This document shows positions 16,148 through 26,799 of a stretch of DNA of 64,000 nucleotides, piece by piece. The translations under genes were made by a program, and so were the position numbers. This DNA is from Oscillospiraceae bacterium (GTDB taxonomy: Bacteria; Bacillota; Clostridia; Oscillospirales; UBA929), in contig JAVBTT010000021.1 in assembly GCA_031556035.1 (NCBI GenBank), positions 1,196 through 65,195 on the forward strand. The letters run 5' to 3'. Under the pieces are notes generated by a model. The model searched no databases. It was not told where the DNA came from and worked only from the letters and a program-made list of their open reading frames with translations. Numbering within the stretch: position 1 is the stretch's first letter; each line of letters begins with the position of its first letter.

Positions 16148-17443
16148 ATGTCGGAACATACTCCTAGGAATTCGGCGAATCAATCTAAAAAAGAGGCGGT
16201 AGCCAGAGCACCCAGGACGGCATCCGCGCCGGTTGACTCAGGTAGGCATACCGGTGACATAAAGTATGAAAAGAGAAAAAAAGCACACACCGGCTGCCTG
16301 ACCGGAGTGCTCTACGTTGTGCTGATTATCGCGGTCTCCTTCGGGCTGGCCGTGTTTGCTTGGACGTGCGCCAACGATGTGCTGGCGCTTGTCAAGGACG
16401 AAGCGGAGGTTAAAATAACCGTCAGGGAGGATTCAACCGTTTCGGAGATTTCCAGGGAGCTCGAGGAAAAGAAAATCATAAACTTCGCTTGGCTGTTTAA
16501 TCTGTACTGCAAGCTCACTGATGTGCAGGTGGGCAACGCGCCCGTCGTCAGCCCAACACCCAAGCCGTCGCCCACGCCTACTCCCAAGCCGGGAACGAGC
16601 CCCGCGCCGTCTCCGAGTCCGAGCCCCGCGAAAAAGTCGCCAAAATATATTAACCCCGGCACATATACGCTCAGCTCAATGGACGATTACCGTGCGCTGG
16701 TCTACGCGATGAAAAAAGGCTCGGAGCAGGCGGAGGTTGTCAATGGCGTTACGATCAGGGAGGGACTCACCCTCAAGCAGACGCTGGAGATACTTGTGGA
16801 AAAGCGCGTCTCCACAATGGAGGAGCTGCTGGACGCTGTTGAAAACTACGACTTCACAAACGAGTTTGTGAAGGACCTTCCCAAGTCACCGGGCAGGCTG
16901 GAGGGCTATCTCTATCCCGACACCTATGATTTCTTTGTGGACGAGGACCCGCACAAGGCACTGAACAAGCTGCTGAGCAACTTCAGCCGCAAGCTCACCT
17001 CCGATTTCCGCAAGCGCATTGAGGACATGGACTACTCGATGCAGGAGATCATCATAATCGCGTCGATGATTGAAATGGAATCCCGTGACGACATGGACGA
17101 CAAGAAAAATATCGCCTCAGTCATTTACAACAGGCTGGAGAAATGGGAGGTTCCGCTGCTCCAGATCGACGCGACCATCCAGTATTTCCTGCCGGAGCGC
17201 GTACCGAGAGTGCTGAACGAGCATCTTGCCATAGACAATCCGTATAACACCTATATGTATCCGGGACTGCCCCCAGGGCCGATATGCAGCCCGTCGATAG
17301 ACTCGATACGCGCGGCGCTGTACCCCTACAGTACAAAGTACAATTACTATGCCATGACCGACGATGGGACGCACGCGTTTTGCAGTACACTGCCCGAGCT
17401 TGAGAAGATAAAGAAGAATAATCCAAAGACTTACGGGCCTTAA
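16148..17443 (+). CDS. mltG: endolytic murein transglycosylase MltG (YceG family) with a Pro/Thr/Ser-rich insert
   Basis: N-terminal TM, YceG core (LEGYLYPDTYDF, ASMIEMES, NPYNTYMYPGLPPGPICSPS). Start set at ATG 16148, after GAAAGG. Confidence 0.9.
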   Translation: MSEHTPRNSANQSKKEAVARAPRTASAPVDSGRHTGDIKYEKRKKAHTGCLTGVLYVVLIIAVSFGLAVFAWTCANDVLALVKDEAEVKITVREDSTVSEISRELEEKKIINFAWLFNLYCKLTDVQVGNAPVVSPTPKPSPTPTPKPGTSPAPSPSPSPAKKSPKYINPGTYTLSSMDDYRALVYAMKKGSEQAEVVNGVTIREGLTLKQTLEILVEKRVSTMEELLDAVENYDFTNEFVKDLPKSPGRLEGYLYPDTYDFFVDEDPHKALNKLLSNFSRKLTSDFRKRIEDMDYSMQEIIIIASMIEMESRDDMDDKKNIASVIYNRLEKWEVPLLQIDATIQYFLPERVPRVLNEHLAIDNPYNTYMYPGLPPGPICSPSIDSIRAALYPYSTKYNYYAMTDDGTHAFCSTLPELEKIKKNNPKTYGP

Positions 17444-17507
17444 AAACACATTATATGCAGACCAAAACGGGTCGCCGGGCGGCGGCACCTACAAAAGGAG
17501 CATGCAA

Positions 17508-20138
17508 ATGAAAAAGATGGGTCTCAACCAGATACGCGAGGAATTCCTGAGCTTTTTTGAGAGCAAGGGGCATCTCAGGCAGGAGAGCTTTCCGCTTGTG
17601 CCCCAGGGGGACGCAGGGCTTTTGCTTATAAACTCAGGCATGGCGCCGCTCAAGCCGTATTTTTCGGGCGAGGTGACCCCGCCAAGCAAGCGCATGACAA
17701 CCTGTCAGAAATGCGTGCGCACCCCCGACATTGAGCGGGTGGGCAAGACCTCGCGCCACGGCACCTTTTTTGAAATGCTCGGAAATTTCTCGTTCGGGGA
17801 TTATTTTAAGCGCGAGGCGGCGGCCTGGGCCTGGGAGTTCTGTATAAATGTGATGGAGCTGCCGGAGGACAGGCTGTATGTGTCCGTGTATCTGGACGAT
17901 GACGAGGCCTGGGATATCTGGACTAAGGAGGTCGGGGTGGCCGAGTCGCATATGACAAGGCTAGGCAAGGCCGACAACTTCTGGGAGATCGGCGCGGGGC
18001 CGTGCGGGCCCTGCTCGGAGATATACTTCGACCGGGGCGAGGAGAACGGCTGCGGAAGCCCGGACTGCAGGGTGGGCTGCGACTGCGACCGCTATGTGGA
18101 GTTCTGGAACCTGGTGTTCACCCAGTTCAACAACGACGGAGCGGGGAATTACACGCCGCTGAAGCAAAAGAACATCGATACCGGCATGGGGCTGGAGCGG
18201 CTGGCCTGCATATCGCAGGGGGTGGACAACCTGTTTGAGGTGGACACCGTGAGGCGCATACGGGAGCATGTGTCGGAGATAGCGGGAGTCGCCTACGGAG
18301 AGGACGACAGAAGGGACGCCTCGCTGAGAATTGTCACAGACCATATACGCTCTACCACAATGCTTGTCTGCGACGGTGTGCTGCCGTCAAACGAGGGCAG
18401 GGGATATGTGCTGCGCCGCCTTCTGCGCCGCGCCGCGCGGCACGGGCGGCTTTTGGGTGTGACCGAGCCGTTTTTATATAAGGTGTGCGAGACGGTAATC
18501 AGCGAGAGCGGCGGGGCGTATCCGGAGCTTGCGGAGAAAAAGGCCCATATCGTGCGGGTGATAACCCAGGAGGAGGAGCGCTTCGCGCAGACGATTGACG
18601 CGGGAATGCGTATGCTGGGGGAGGCGCTGGAGAACGTCAGGGGCGTCCTGATGGGCGAGACGGCGTTTAAGCTTTACGACACCTACGGCTTTCCGGTGGA
18701 CCTCACGGCGGAGATTTTGGAGGAGGCCGGTGTGGGGCTTGACCGTGAGGGCTTTGACAGGCTGATGGAGCTTCAGAAGCGGCGCGCGAGAGAGGCCCGC
18801 AAGGCCATGGGGGATCTGGGCTGGACGGCGCTGGAGCTGGGGCTCGACCGCGATATCAAAACAGAGTTTGTCGGCTACAATGAGACGGTCTGCGCCGCCA
18901 AAATATTGTCGGTTCTTGTGGACGGCCAGGTGACCGGAAGCATGGAAGAGGGACAGGAGGGTGTCATTGTTCTTGACAGAACGCCTTTTTACGCCGAAAG
19001 CGGCGGCCAAACGGCGGATTGCGGCGTAATCTCCTCCGATATGGGGAGCTTTGCCGTCTCCGATGTTCAAAAGAGCAAGGACGGCAAATACCTGCATATA
19101 GGCAGGGCGGAATCCGGAGCGCTTTCCAAGGGCGACAGCGTGGAGTCGGCGATTGACGGCGCGCGCCGGGCCGCGATAATGAGGGCGCACACAGCTACGC
19201 ACCTGCTGCAGAAGGCTCTGCGAAACGTGCTGGGCGAGCATGTGACCCAGGCGGGGTCGTACGTGGAGCCGGACAGGCTCAGGCTGGACTTTACGCACTA
19301 TGTCGCGCTGACTCCGGAGGAGATCGAGCGCGTCAACACCGAGGTGAACGAGGCTATACTCAGGGGTCTGCCCGTAACCGCTTCTGAAATGCCGCTGGAC
19401 GAGGCCAAGGCCATTGGGGCCATGGCGCTGTTTTCCGAGAAATACGGGAGCACAGTCAGGGTTGTCAGAGCGGGGGATTACTCTATAGAGCTATGCGGCG
19501 GAACGCATCTGGACAATACTGCCAAGACCGGATCGCTTTTCTTTCGCTCCGAGTCCTCGGTGGCGGCTGGCGTCAGGCGCATAGAGGCGTGGGTCGGCAT
19601 GGGCGTCGTGGAGCTGATGAACTCCAACGCCCGCGTCATGCAGGAGGCGTCGGGCCTGCTCAACACCTCCCCCGGCGAGCTGCTGCAAAACCTGAAAAAT
19701 ACGCTGGGCGAGCTGAAAAATCTCAACAGAACCCTATCTAAGTTCAAGCAGGCCCGCTCGAACGATATAGCGGAGCATATGCTTGTTTCGGCAAAGCAGG
19801 TCGCCGGGCTCAACGTGGTCACAGGCGTCAGGAACGATGTCGACGCGGAGCAGCTGCGTGCCATGGGGGATTTCATGCGCGACAGGAATCCTTGTATCGT
19901 CGCGGTCATGGCCTCGGTCGCCGATGAAAAGATAACGTTTTTTGCCGTGTGCGGGGCGAACGCCGTATCCAGGGGGATAAAGGCGGGCGATATTATACGC
20001 ATGGTCTCCAAGGCCTGCGGTGGCAGCGGGGGCGGCAAGCCCGAGAGCGCGATGGGCGGCGGCAGGGACGTATTGAAGCTGGACGACGCCCTTGCGATGC
20101 TGGACGATTACGTATCTGAAAACGCGAAGGAGGCCTGA
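17508..20138 (+). CDS. alaS: alanine--tRNA ligase
   Basis: IREEFLSFFESKGH, FEMLGNFSFGDYFK, editing-domain HxxxH/CGGTH, C-terminal DHHA1-like. The ATG at 17508 has 7-nt spacing from AAAGGAG, while 17502 is only 1 nt away. Confidence 0.97.
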   Translation: MKKMGLNQIREEFLSFFESKGHLRQESFPLVPQGDAGLLLINSGMAPLKPYFSGEVTPPSKRMTTCQKCVRTPDIERVGKTSRHGTFFEMLGNFSFGDYFKREAAAWAWEFCINVMELPEDRLYVSVYLDDDEAWDIWTKEVGVAESHMTRLGKADNFWEIGAGPCGPCSEIYFDRGEENGCGSPDCRVGCDCDRYVEFWNLVFTQFNNDGAGNYTPLKQKNIDTGMGLERLACISQGVDNLFEVDTVRRIREHVSEIAGVAYGEDDRRDASLRIVTDHIRSTTMLVCDGVLPSNEGRGYVLRRLLRRAARHGRLLGVTEPFLYKVCETVISESGGAYPELAEKKAHIVRVITQEEERFAQTIDAGMRMLGEALENVRGVLMGETAFKLYDTYGFPVDLTAEILEEAGVGLDREGFDRLMELQKRRAREARKAMGDLGWTALELGLDRDIKTEFVGYNETVCAAKILSVLVDGQVTGSMEEGQEGVIVLDRTPFYAESGGQTADCGVISSDMGSFAVSDVQKSKDGKYLHIGRAESGALSKGDSVESAIDGARRAAIMRAHTATHLLQKALRNVLGEHVTQAGSYVEPDRLRLDFTHYVALTPEEIERVNTEVNEAILRGLPVTASEMPLDEAKAIGAMALFSEKYGSTVRVVRAGDYSIELCGGTHLDNTAKTGSLFFRSESSVAAGVRRIEAWVGMGVVELMNSNARVMQEASGLLNTSPGELLQNLKNTLGELKNLNRTLSKFKQARSNDIAEHMLVSAKQVAGLNVVTGVRNDVDAEQLRAMGDFMRDRNPCIVAVMASVADEKITFFAVCGANAVSRGIKAGDIIRMVSKACGGSGGGKPESAMGGGRDVLKLDDALAMLDDYVSENAKEA

Positions 20139-20140
20139 GG

Positions 20141-20470
20141 ATGGACTGCCTGTTCTGCGGTATTATTTCCGGGGAAATCCCCTCAAAGAAGGTGTATGAG
20201 GACGAGCTGTGCCTCGCTTTTGAGGACATAAGCCCGGTCGCTCCCTTTCATGTGCTTGTGATACCTAAAAAGCACATTGCGAGCGCCGCCGAGGTGACGG
20301 GGGAGGATGAGGCGCTTATCGGGCATATCTTCGCCGTGATAGCAAAAATAACTGAGGGATGCAGCGGCTTCCGGGTTGTTACAAACTCCGGCAGGGAGGC
20401 GGGGCAGAGCGTGGAGCATCTGCACTTCCATGTGATTTCCGGGCGCAAGCTGGCCCTTCAGATGGGCTGA
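20141..20470 (+). CDS. HIT family (histidine triad) nucleotide-binding protein
   Basis: CLFCGIISGEIPS... and the histidine triad HLHFHVISG. Confidence 0.9.
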   Translation: MDCLFCGIISGEIPSKKVYEDELCLAFEDISPVAPFHVLVIPKKHIASAAEVTGEDEALIGHIFAVIAKITEGCSGFRVVTNSGREAGQSVEHLHFHVISGRKLALQMG

Positions 20471-20471
20471 T

Positions 20472-22517
20472 GTGAATATTACGAAAAACAGGCGGGCGCG
20501 GGGGCTGCTTACGGCGCTCCTGTGCCTGCTTGTCTATTTTGCCTGGCGCGCCGCCTATACCCGCCTGTTCCTGGATGAGGCATTCTCATATGTTGGCTAT
20601 TCGCTCAACGCCGAGCTCACGGTGGAGAGCTTCAGCAAGCCGTCCGTCTACGGACTTTCAGCGGTTGTGAGGGTTAAGGGCGTCAAAGCAGTGTTTTACT
20701 ATGATTCGCTTGAAATGCTGAAGCCCGGAGATAAGGTAACCGCCCATATTAAAATTGAAGCGGCTAAGGATTACTACAGTGGAGTGCATCTTGCCGCGTC
20801 CGACAGCGGAACGGGCATGAAGGTTCACCGAGCGGACAGGCCCCCGCTGAGGTATCTCCCCGTGTATTGGGCCGAAAGCATACGTTCCGGGATCAACTCA
20901 ATACTCCCCGAGGAGCCTGCTGCGCTGCTGCGCGGTATTTTGACGGGGGATAAGACGGGCTTCTCACAGTCGCTCTCCTCAGATTTGTCTGCTGCGGGGA
21001 TGTCCCATGTAGCGGCTGTGTCCGGTCTTCATGTCAGTATGCTGCTGGGGTTTATTGTATTGATATTCGGGAACAGGCGGACTGCGGCGTGGATTGGGGT
21101 GCCCTTGATCTGGCTGTTTGTCGCGGTGACTGGCTTTTCCCCTTCGGCGGTGCGCGCCGGGATTATGATAACTATGACACTTGTCGCGCCGTTTCTGGGC
21201 CGCGAGTACAGCGCTGTTACGGCGCTGCTAGCCGCGCTGTTTGTGCTTCTGCTGATCGACCCGTATTCGGTAAGCGATATCGGATTGCAGCTCTCCTTTC
21301 TGTCGACGCTCGGAATTATACTGTTTTCCGGAAAGCTGCGGACGTGGATAACAGGGGTTCTGCCGGGCAAAATCCCGCTCCCGGTGAGCCGGATGCTGTC
21401 GTCGACGCTGGCGGCATCGCTGTCCGCGCTGGTGTTTACAACTCCGGTGATCGCCTACCGATTCGGCTCGGTGTCTGTCATAGCTCCGCTTGCCAACCTT
21501 CTCCTGCTCTGGATGGTGAACCTGATTTTTATCACCGGGGCGCTTGCGGTGCTTATCTCTTATATATGGTGGCCCGCCGCCTATTTCGCCGGATATTTGC
21601 CGCGCTTACTTCTCTGGGCGTTCAGAGGGGGGATTGGGGTGCTTGCCAAAATCCCTTTCGCCAGAATATTCACGACCCGTCCCATCCTGGTGGCCTGGCT
21701 GGTGTTTGTGTACGGCATGATATTGCTCATGGCCTTCGGGCTTCCGAGGCGCAGGGGAATCGCCATAACTCTGGCAATGCTTGTCGTCTGCGCGGCGCTG
21801 GACATGGTTCACTCCTCCCTGTTCTCGCTTGAGATCGCGGTGCTCAACGTGGGGCAGGGGGAATGCGTAGTGATACGCTCGGGAGGAAAGACGGCGGTGG
21901 TGGACTGCGGAGGCAACCTGGGCAACGCCGGCAATATCGCGGCGGATTATCTTGAGAGCGTGGGAGTGCGAAGGGTGGACGCGCTGATACTGACCCACCT
22001 GGACGGCGACCATTTCAACGGAACACAGACCCTGAGGGACAGGGTTAAAGTCAGGGAAACATATATATCGGGATATCAGGATGTAAACGAATCTGACTTT
22101 ACATACGTGCCGGTGCTCTTGGAATTGACGCTTGAGCTCGGGGAGGCCAGGCTGATATTGGTGCCGTCACGGTGGAGCGGCGACGGCGGCGAAAACGAGA
22201 AGTGCATGTCGGTGATTTGTATACGTGATCAGTTTTCATTTGTCACCACCGGGGATTTGAGCGCGTCCGCCGAGCGCTGGCTCACAAGGCGCATAGATCT
22301 CCCGTCCGGCGGGATACTCATGGCGGGGCATCACGGCTCTGCGGGCTCATCCTCGGATGAATTTCTTGGCGCTCTGAAGCCGCAGGCGGCTGTCGTTTCA
22401 GTCGGAAAAAACTCCTTCGGGCATCCGGATACCAAGACGCTTAAAAAACTTGAGGCGTCCGGCTGCCAGATATACAGGACGGATTTGGACGGACATGTTA
22501 TAATAAAGGTTCCGTGA
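20472..22517 (+). CDS. comEC: DNA internalization-related competence protein ComEC/Rec2
   Basis: Polytopic competence domain (GMSHVAAVSGLHV...), C-terminal metallo-beta-lactamase domain (VLNVGQGECVVI, LTHLDGDH, GHHGS). GTG start. Followed by holA, as is common in Firmicutes. Confidence 0.85.
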   Translation: MNITKNRRARGLLTALLCLLVYFAWRAAYTRLFLDEAFSYVGYSLNAELTVESFSKPSVYGLSAVVRVKGVKAVFYYDSLEMLKPGDKVTAHIKIEAAKDYYSGVHLAASDSGTGMKVHRADRPPLRYLPVYWAESIRSGINSILPEEPAALLRGILTGDKTGFSQSLSSDLSAAGMSHVAAVSGLHVSMLLGFIVLIFGNRRTAAWIGVPLIWLFVAVTGFSPSAVRAGIMITMTLVAPFLGREYSAVTALLAALFVLLLIDPYSVSDIGLQLSFLSTLGIILFSGKLRTWITGVLPGKIPLPVSRMLSSTLAASLSALVFTTPVIAYRFGSVSVIAPLANLLLLWMVNLIFITGALAVLISYIWWPAAYFAGYLPRLLLWAFRGGIGVLAKIPFARIFTTRPILVAWLVFVYGMILLMAFGLPRRRGIAITLAMLVVCAALDMVHSSLFSLEIAVLNVGQGECVVIRSGGKTAVVDCGGNLGNAGNIAADYLESVGVRRVDALILTHLDGDHFNGTQTLRDRVKVRETYISGYQDVNESDFTYVPVLLELTLELGEARLILVPSRWSGDGGENEKCMSVICIRDQFSFVTTGDLSASAERWLTRRIDLPSGGILMAGHHGSAGSSSDEFLGALKPQAAVVSVGKNSFGHPDTKTLKKLEASGCQIYRTDLDGHVIIKVP

Positions 22518-22529
22518 GGTGATTGGTAA

Positions 22530-23546
22530 ATGGGCGGGTATTCCGCGATAGATGCGCTTAAAAAGCAGCTTGCCTCGGGAGAGGTAGGCACGCTTTATGT
22601 TTTTTACGGCCCGGAACAGTACCTACTGGAGCACTATTTGAAAGAGCTGCAAAAAAAGCTTGTTCCGGAGGGGATGGAGGCCTTTAACATTGACAGGCTC
22701 GACGGGGGCTCTGTAAGCCCGAGCGAGCTGAGGGACGCGGTGGAGTGCGTCCCTATGCTGTGCGACAAACGGCTTGTGATTGTCACCGACTACGACTTGT
22801 TTAAGCAGAACGCGGATACTAGAAAGCGGCTGGAGGAGCTGCTGGCCGGCATACCGGACTCCTGCTGCCTTGTCTTTGTATATGACACTCTGGAATACAA
22901 GAGGGACAAGAGGCAGAAGCTGGGCGAGCTGATAGGGGGGTGCGCACTTGAGGTCGAGTTCATGCTTCAGGAAGAGGCGCAGCTCGTCAAATGGATACGA
23001 AGGCGCTTCGGCGCGCATGGAAAAGACATAAGTCCGGCGGATGCGCAGTATATGCTCTTTCTGTGCGGCGCTAAAATGCACATGCTTGGCCAGGAAGTCG
23101 AGAAGCTGGCAGCTTACACAAAAGGTGGGGTTATAACCAAACCTGACTTAGACACTGTGGTTGTGCCGGTTCTGGAAGCGAGGGTTTTCGCGATGTGCTC
23201 CGCGCTTGCCGATGGAAAGTCCGGGAAAGCGGTTTTAATTCTTCAGGAGCTTATGGCTATGCGAGAGGAGCCGGTGGCGATACTGGGGGCGCTGTCCTGG
23301 CAGCTCAGGGGAATATACGCGGCGAGGCTGGTTGCGGACAGGAGACTTGGCGTAAAGGACTATATTGACCTCACGGGGAGCCGCAGCCAGTACCAGGCGG
23401 GGGAAATGCTGAGGGCGGCGAGAAGGCATACACTTGAGTGGTGCCGCAGTGCGGCGGAGCTGTGCCTTGAAACGGACAGGCTGCTCAAGGGGCAGAGCCG
23501 CAGCCGTGACCGCGAGCTTGAGCTTCTGCTGGCAAGGCTGGTGTGA
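22530..23546 (+). CDS. holA: DNA polymerase III subunit delta
   Basis: Size, position after comEC, and N-terminal LYVFYGPEQYLLEHYLKEL pattern typical of HolA. Confidence 0.85.
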   Translation: MGGYSAIDALKKQLASGEVGTLYVFYGPEQYLLEHYLKELQKKLVPEGMEAFNIDRLDGGSVSPSELRDAVECVPMLCDKRLVIVTDYDLFKQNADTRKRLEELLAGIPDSCCLVFVYDTLEYKRDKRQKLGELIGGCALEVEFMLQEEAQLVKWIRRRFGAHGKDISPADAQYMLFLCGAKMHMLGQEVEKLAAYTKGGVITKPDLDTVVVPVLEARVFAMCSALADGKSGKAVLILQELMAMREEPVAILGALSWQLRGIYAARLVADRRLGVKDYIDLTGSRSQYQAGEMLRAARRHTLEWCRSAAELCLETDRLLKGQSRSRDRELELLLARLV

Positions 23547-23550
23547 GAGC

Positions 23551-24183
23551 ATGATAAAAATAAATGAGGTAATCGTTGTAGAGGGAGTCTACGATAAAAA
23601 CGCGCTCAGGCAGGTTGTGGACGCTACCGTGATCGACATCGGAGGGTTTGGGATATTCAAAAACAGCGAGCTCCGCGAGCTACTGCGGAGATTAGCGCAA
23701 GAACGCGGCGTCATTATCCTGACGGACAGTGACGCCGCGGGCTTTGTGATTAGAAATCACCTGAAAGGCGCACTGCCCCCGGACAGGGTGAAGCACGCGT
23801 ATATACCCGATGTGTACGGCAAGGAGCGGCGAAAGGCGAAGGCGGGCAGGGAGGGCAAGCTGGGAGTAGAGGGCATGCCGCCGGACATTCTGCTGGGGGC
23901 GCTTGTTAGGGCCGGGGCCGCGATGGGCGAGAGCGACGGCTCATCCGCGCCCACCTCCGCGGATTTTTACGAGTGGGGTCTTTCGGGCGGGGAGGACAGC
24001 TCCGCCAGGCGCGACGAACTCAAGGCGCGCCTTGGCCTGCCGTCAAGGCTGTCCTCAAGAGCGTTTTTTGGTGTGCTTGCCGCCCTGTATGGCAGGGAGG
24101 AACTGGATAAAATTGTAAACATAAACAGACAAAGCTTGCCGCTAATGGTGAGCCCTGAATCAGAGCAAAATAACAAAACATAG
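23551..24183 (+). CDS. Toprim domain protein (RNase M5-like, DUF4093 type)
   Basis: MIKINEVIVVEGVYDKNAL...VIILTDSDAAGFVIRNHLK (Toprim E...DxD). The track ORF 23434 start is an in-frame extension into holA; ATG 23551 chosen. Confidence 0.7.
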   Translation: MIKINEVIVVEGVYDKNALRQVVDATVIDIGGFGIFKNSELRELLRRLAQERGVIILTDSDAAGFVIRNHLKGALPPDRVKHAYIPDVYGKERRKAKAGREGKLGVEGMPPDILLGALVRAGAAMGESDGSSAPTSADFYEWGLSGGEDSSARRDELKARLGLPSRLSSRAFFGVLAALYGREELDKIVNINRQSLPLMVSPESEQNNKT

Positions 24184-24241
24184 CACTATACCGCTTGTTC
24201 CTATCCCGGTGCGCTGTTTGCGCCTCCTTTATTATTTTTCT

Positions 24242-25039
24242 CTAATGTCTCAGGTCGCGTTTTCCATATACCCTGTATGAAAAAAACCCGGTCGTCGAGA
24301 TTAAAGCGGCGGAAATAAACAGATATAAGGGAATAAGCCCGCTTTCCATCACCCCCGCCGCATGAAAATACCTGAAGGGAGACAGAAAATTTAGATAGTC
24401 AACCTCTCCGGACATCTCAATCAACACCGACACGAAATATGTTATTATCACAGAGCACGCCGCCAGCTGGCCGGAGCGCCCATGGTCACGCGACAGGGAC
24501 GCGAACAGCAGACCGGCGAATAAGAACACAAGCTGAGTCACAAGCATCCCCAGCATAGTCAGGTGTATGTCGCGAGCCAGCCCTTTGTCCTCAACCTGCG
24601 GCAGCATGGTGGCGAGGCTCGTACCCCACGCGACCACTGCTACGCACAGCACGTTGACAACCCCCGCCAGAGCCTTGCCTGACACTGCGGAGGCCCGGCT
24701 GAGCGGCAGTGTGAACAAAAAATCCGCAGTCTTGTCCCGTTCCTCCCTGGATATTAACGACGCCCCGAGAAGCGCGGCGTGCAGAAATGCTATAAGGCTC
24801 AGCCACAGGAACATGCAGGCGTAATAACCCTCCGGGGTCTCCAGAGGGAGCGCACCCATGCCGAACATCACCCGCACCATACGCGGCATGAAAGCGAAAA
24901 TCGCGTTCAGCGAGCCCTTGGCGCTGACTATACCGCCGTATTCATAAAAGCCAATGGCGCAAAGCGCCAGCATCCCCAGCGACCAGAACAGAAGGCTTTT
25001 CGCGTTTGCCTTCAGCTCGCGCTTAAAAACCCGTATCAT
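24242..25039 (-). CDS. ABC-2 family transporter permease
   Basis: Six predicted hydrophobic segments. Follows the second permease and the ATPase. Start set at ATG 25039, after AGGGGGAG. Confidence 0.7.
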   Translation of the reverse strand: MIRVFKRELKANAKSLLFWSLGMLALCAIGFYEYGGIVSAKGSLNAIFAFMPRMVRVMFGMGALPLETPEGYYACMFLWLSLIAFLHAALLGASLISREERDKTADFLFTLPLSRASAVSGKALAGVVNVLCVAVVAWGTSLATMLPQVEDKGLARDIHLTMLGMLVTQLVFLFAGLLFASLSRDHGRSGQLAACSVIITYFVSVLIEMSGEVDYLNFLSPFRYFHAAGVMESGLIPLYLFISAALISTTGFFSYRVYGKRDLRH

Positions 25040-25053
25040 TTGCGCTCCCCCTT

Positions 25054-25851
25054 TCAGACTGCCTTGACGTCCCGCCTTGTATAGGCGAGGTACGCGCACA
25101 ACGTCAGCGCCGGCGGGATTAGCAGGCTCATGATAAGGTATCGGGGCTCGTAGGCGTTGTTAAGCATGATGTAGTTGTTGTCGAAATACTTAAGCGGCGA
25201 GATGTGGCGCAGGGCTTCGCTGCCTGTAATTCCCGAGATCATGCCGAGCAAAAAGAATCCCATCGAAACGCCCATCGAAACCGTTATCACCGACTTTATC
25301 TTTGGGGCAACGGCTCCTATGAATATCCCAATCGCGAAGAATATGAGCTGGACGAGGCTGAAGGTCAGGCTAATAAGTACAAAGGGCTTTATAGATATTT
25401 CGATGCCGCTCAGAACAAGCATTGAGACCGAGGATACGGTGTAGAAGACAAGCTGCGTCACGGCCAGGCGCGTCAGCGCCGCCAAAAGCTTTGAAAAAAA
25501 GATGCTCGAGCGGCTCCTTGGCTTTGTCAGCAGGAAATCCGCCATTCTCATGTTTCTCTCTTTGGATATAACCGCCATACCGGAGCTGACCGCCTGTATC
25601 GCGGCTATCAGTGTCAAAAAGGTGAAGAGAAATCCGTAAAAGCCCAGCGCCCCGAACAGCAGATCCGGATTGAGCCCCATCGCCTTGAGCACATCTTCCC
25701 CGAGTCCGGACGTAAACTCCCTGAGAGCGTCCCCCTCCTCGACAAACGCGCTCATAAAGGGCATGTATATCATCAGAAAAACACATACTCCGATGCACCA
25801 GCCGAGCAGCCCGCGGCGGCCCTGTCTCAGCTCCTGCCTGAAAACGTTCAT
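25054..25851 (-). CDS. ABC-2 family transporter permease
   Basis: Hydrophobic polytopic protein directly downstream of the ABC ATPase. Confidence 0.7.
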   Translation of the reverse strand: MNVFRQELRQGRRGLLGWCIGVCVFLMIYMPFMSAFVEEGDALREFTSGLGEDVLKAMGLNPDLLFGALGFYGFLFTFLTLIAAIQAVSSGMAVISKERNMRMADFLLTKPRSRSSIFFSKLLAALTRLAVTQLVFYTVSSVSMLVLSGIEISIKPFVLISLTFSLVQLIFFAIGIFIGAVAPKIKSVITVSMGVSMGFFLLGMISGITGSEALRHISPLKYFDNNYIMLNNAYEPRYLIMSLLIPPALTLCAYLAYTRRDVKAV

Positions 25852-25862
25852 ACGGTCGCCCC

Positions 25863-26744
25863 CTACTTATAGTAGTGGAGGAATATCTCCTCCAGGTCGG
25901 GCTCCTCTATCGTGAGGTCGTCCAGCGGGAGTATTCCGACCTTTTCTATAACCCTGTTGATATCTCCCCTGAACAGAAAGCTGGCTGAAAAGCCGTCCGA
26001 CGTCAGGTCCGTCACCCCATCCCCGTCGAAAAAGCTCCTGGCGAACTGCTCTCTGGACGAAATATGGAATCGCTTGCAGTTGTCTTCGCGCAGCTCGCTG
26101 ATCTTTTGCAGCTTTATCAGCCGGCCCTCCTTAAGTATGGCCACCCTGCCGCAGAGCCTCTGAACCTCGCTCAGAATGTGTGAGGAGAACAGTATGGTGG
26201 CTCCCCGGGCGTTTTCCTCCCGCAGCAGTTCAAAAAAGCTCTGCTGCATAAGCGGGTCGAGACCGCTCGTGGGCTCATCGAGTATGATTAGTTTAGGGGA
26301 GTGAAGCAGACCCTGGACAATCCCCACCTTTTTCTTGTTGCCGTAGGACAGATCCTCGATTTTGCGGGAAAGATCCAGCTCCAGCCTCCCGGACAGCTCC
26401 TTTATGCGCGCTGAGCAGTCCTTTTTGTAGAAGCTGGCGGCGTATTTAAGCAGATCTATGACCTTCATTCCGTCGTAGTAAAACACCTCGGACGGCAGAT
26501 AGCCCACCTCTCTGGCTATGACGGGGGCCTCTTTAACGCAGTCCATGCCGAAAATTGAGGCGCTCCCCGAGGTCGGGAAAATCAGCGCGAGAAGGGTGCG
26601 TATCGTTGTAGACTTCCCCGCGCCGTTTGGCCCGATAAAGCCGAATATCTCGCCCTCCTCCACCGAAAAGCTGACATCCTCGATGCCCTTGAATTTGCCG
26701 TAGTACTTCGTGAGCCCATTTATTTCGATTACGTTTGTGCCCAT
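25863..26744 (-). CDS. ABC transporter ATP-binding protein
   Basis: Walker A GPNGAGKST, signature LSYGNKKK, Walker B LIILDEPTSGLD, H-loop SSHIL. The track ORF extends 55 codons upstream with non-protein-like sequence, so ATG 26744 was chosen. Confidence 0.9.
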   Translation of the reverse strand: MGTNVIEINGLTKYYGKFKGIEDVSFSVEEGEIFGFIGPNGAGKSTTIRTLLALIFPTSGSASIFGMDCVKEAPVIAREVGYLPSEVFYYDGMKVIDLLKYAASFYKKDCSARIKELSGRLELDLSRKIEDLSYGNKKKVGIVQGLLHSPKLIILDEPTSGLDPLMQQSFFELLREENARGATILFSSHILSEVQRLCGRVAILKEGRLIKLQKISELREDNCKRFHISSREQFARSFFDGDGVTDLTSDGFSASFLFRGDINRVIEKVGILPLDDLTIEEPDLEEIFLHYYK

Positions 26745-26799
26745 GCCAAAGCAGCCCCCCTGTACGGTTTTTTTCGCGAGATTCTGTGGAGTTGTTTTG

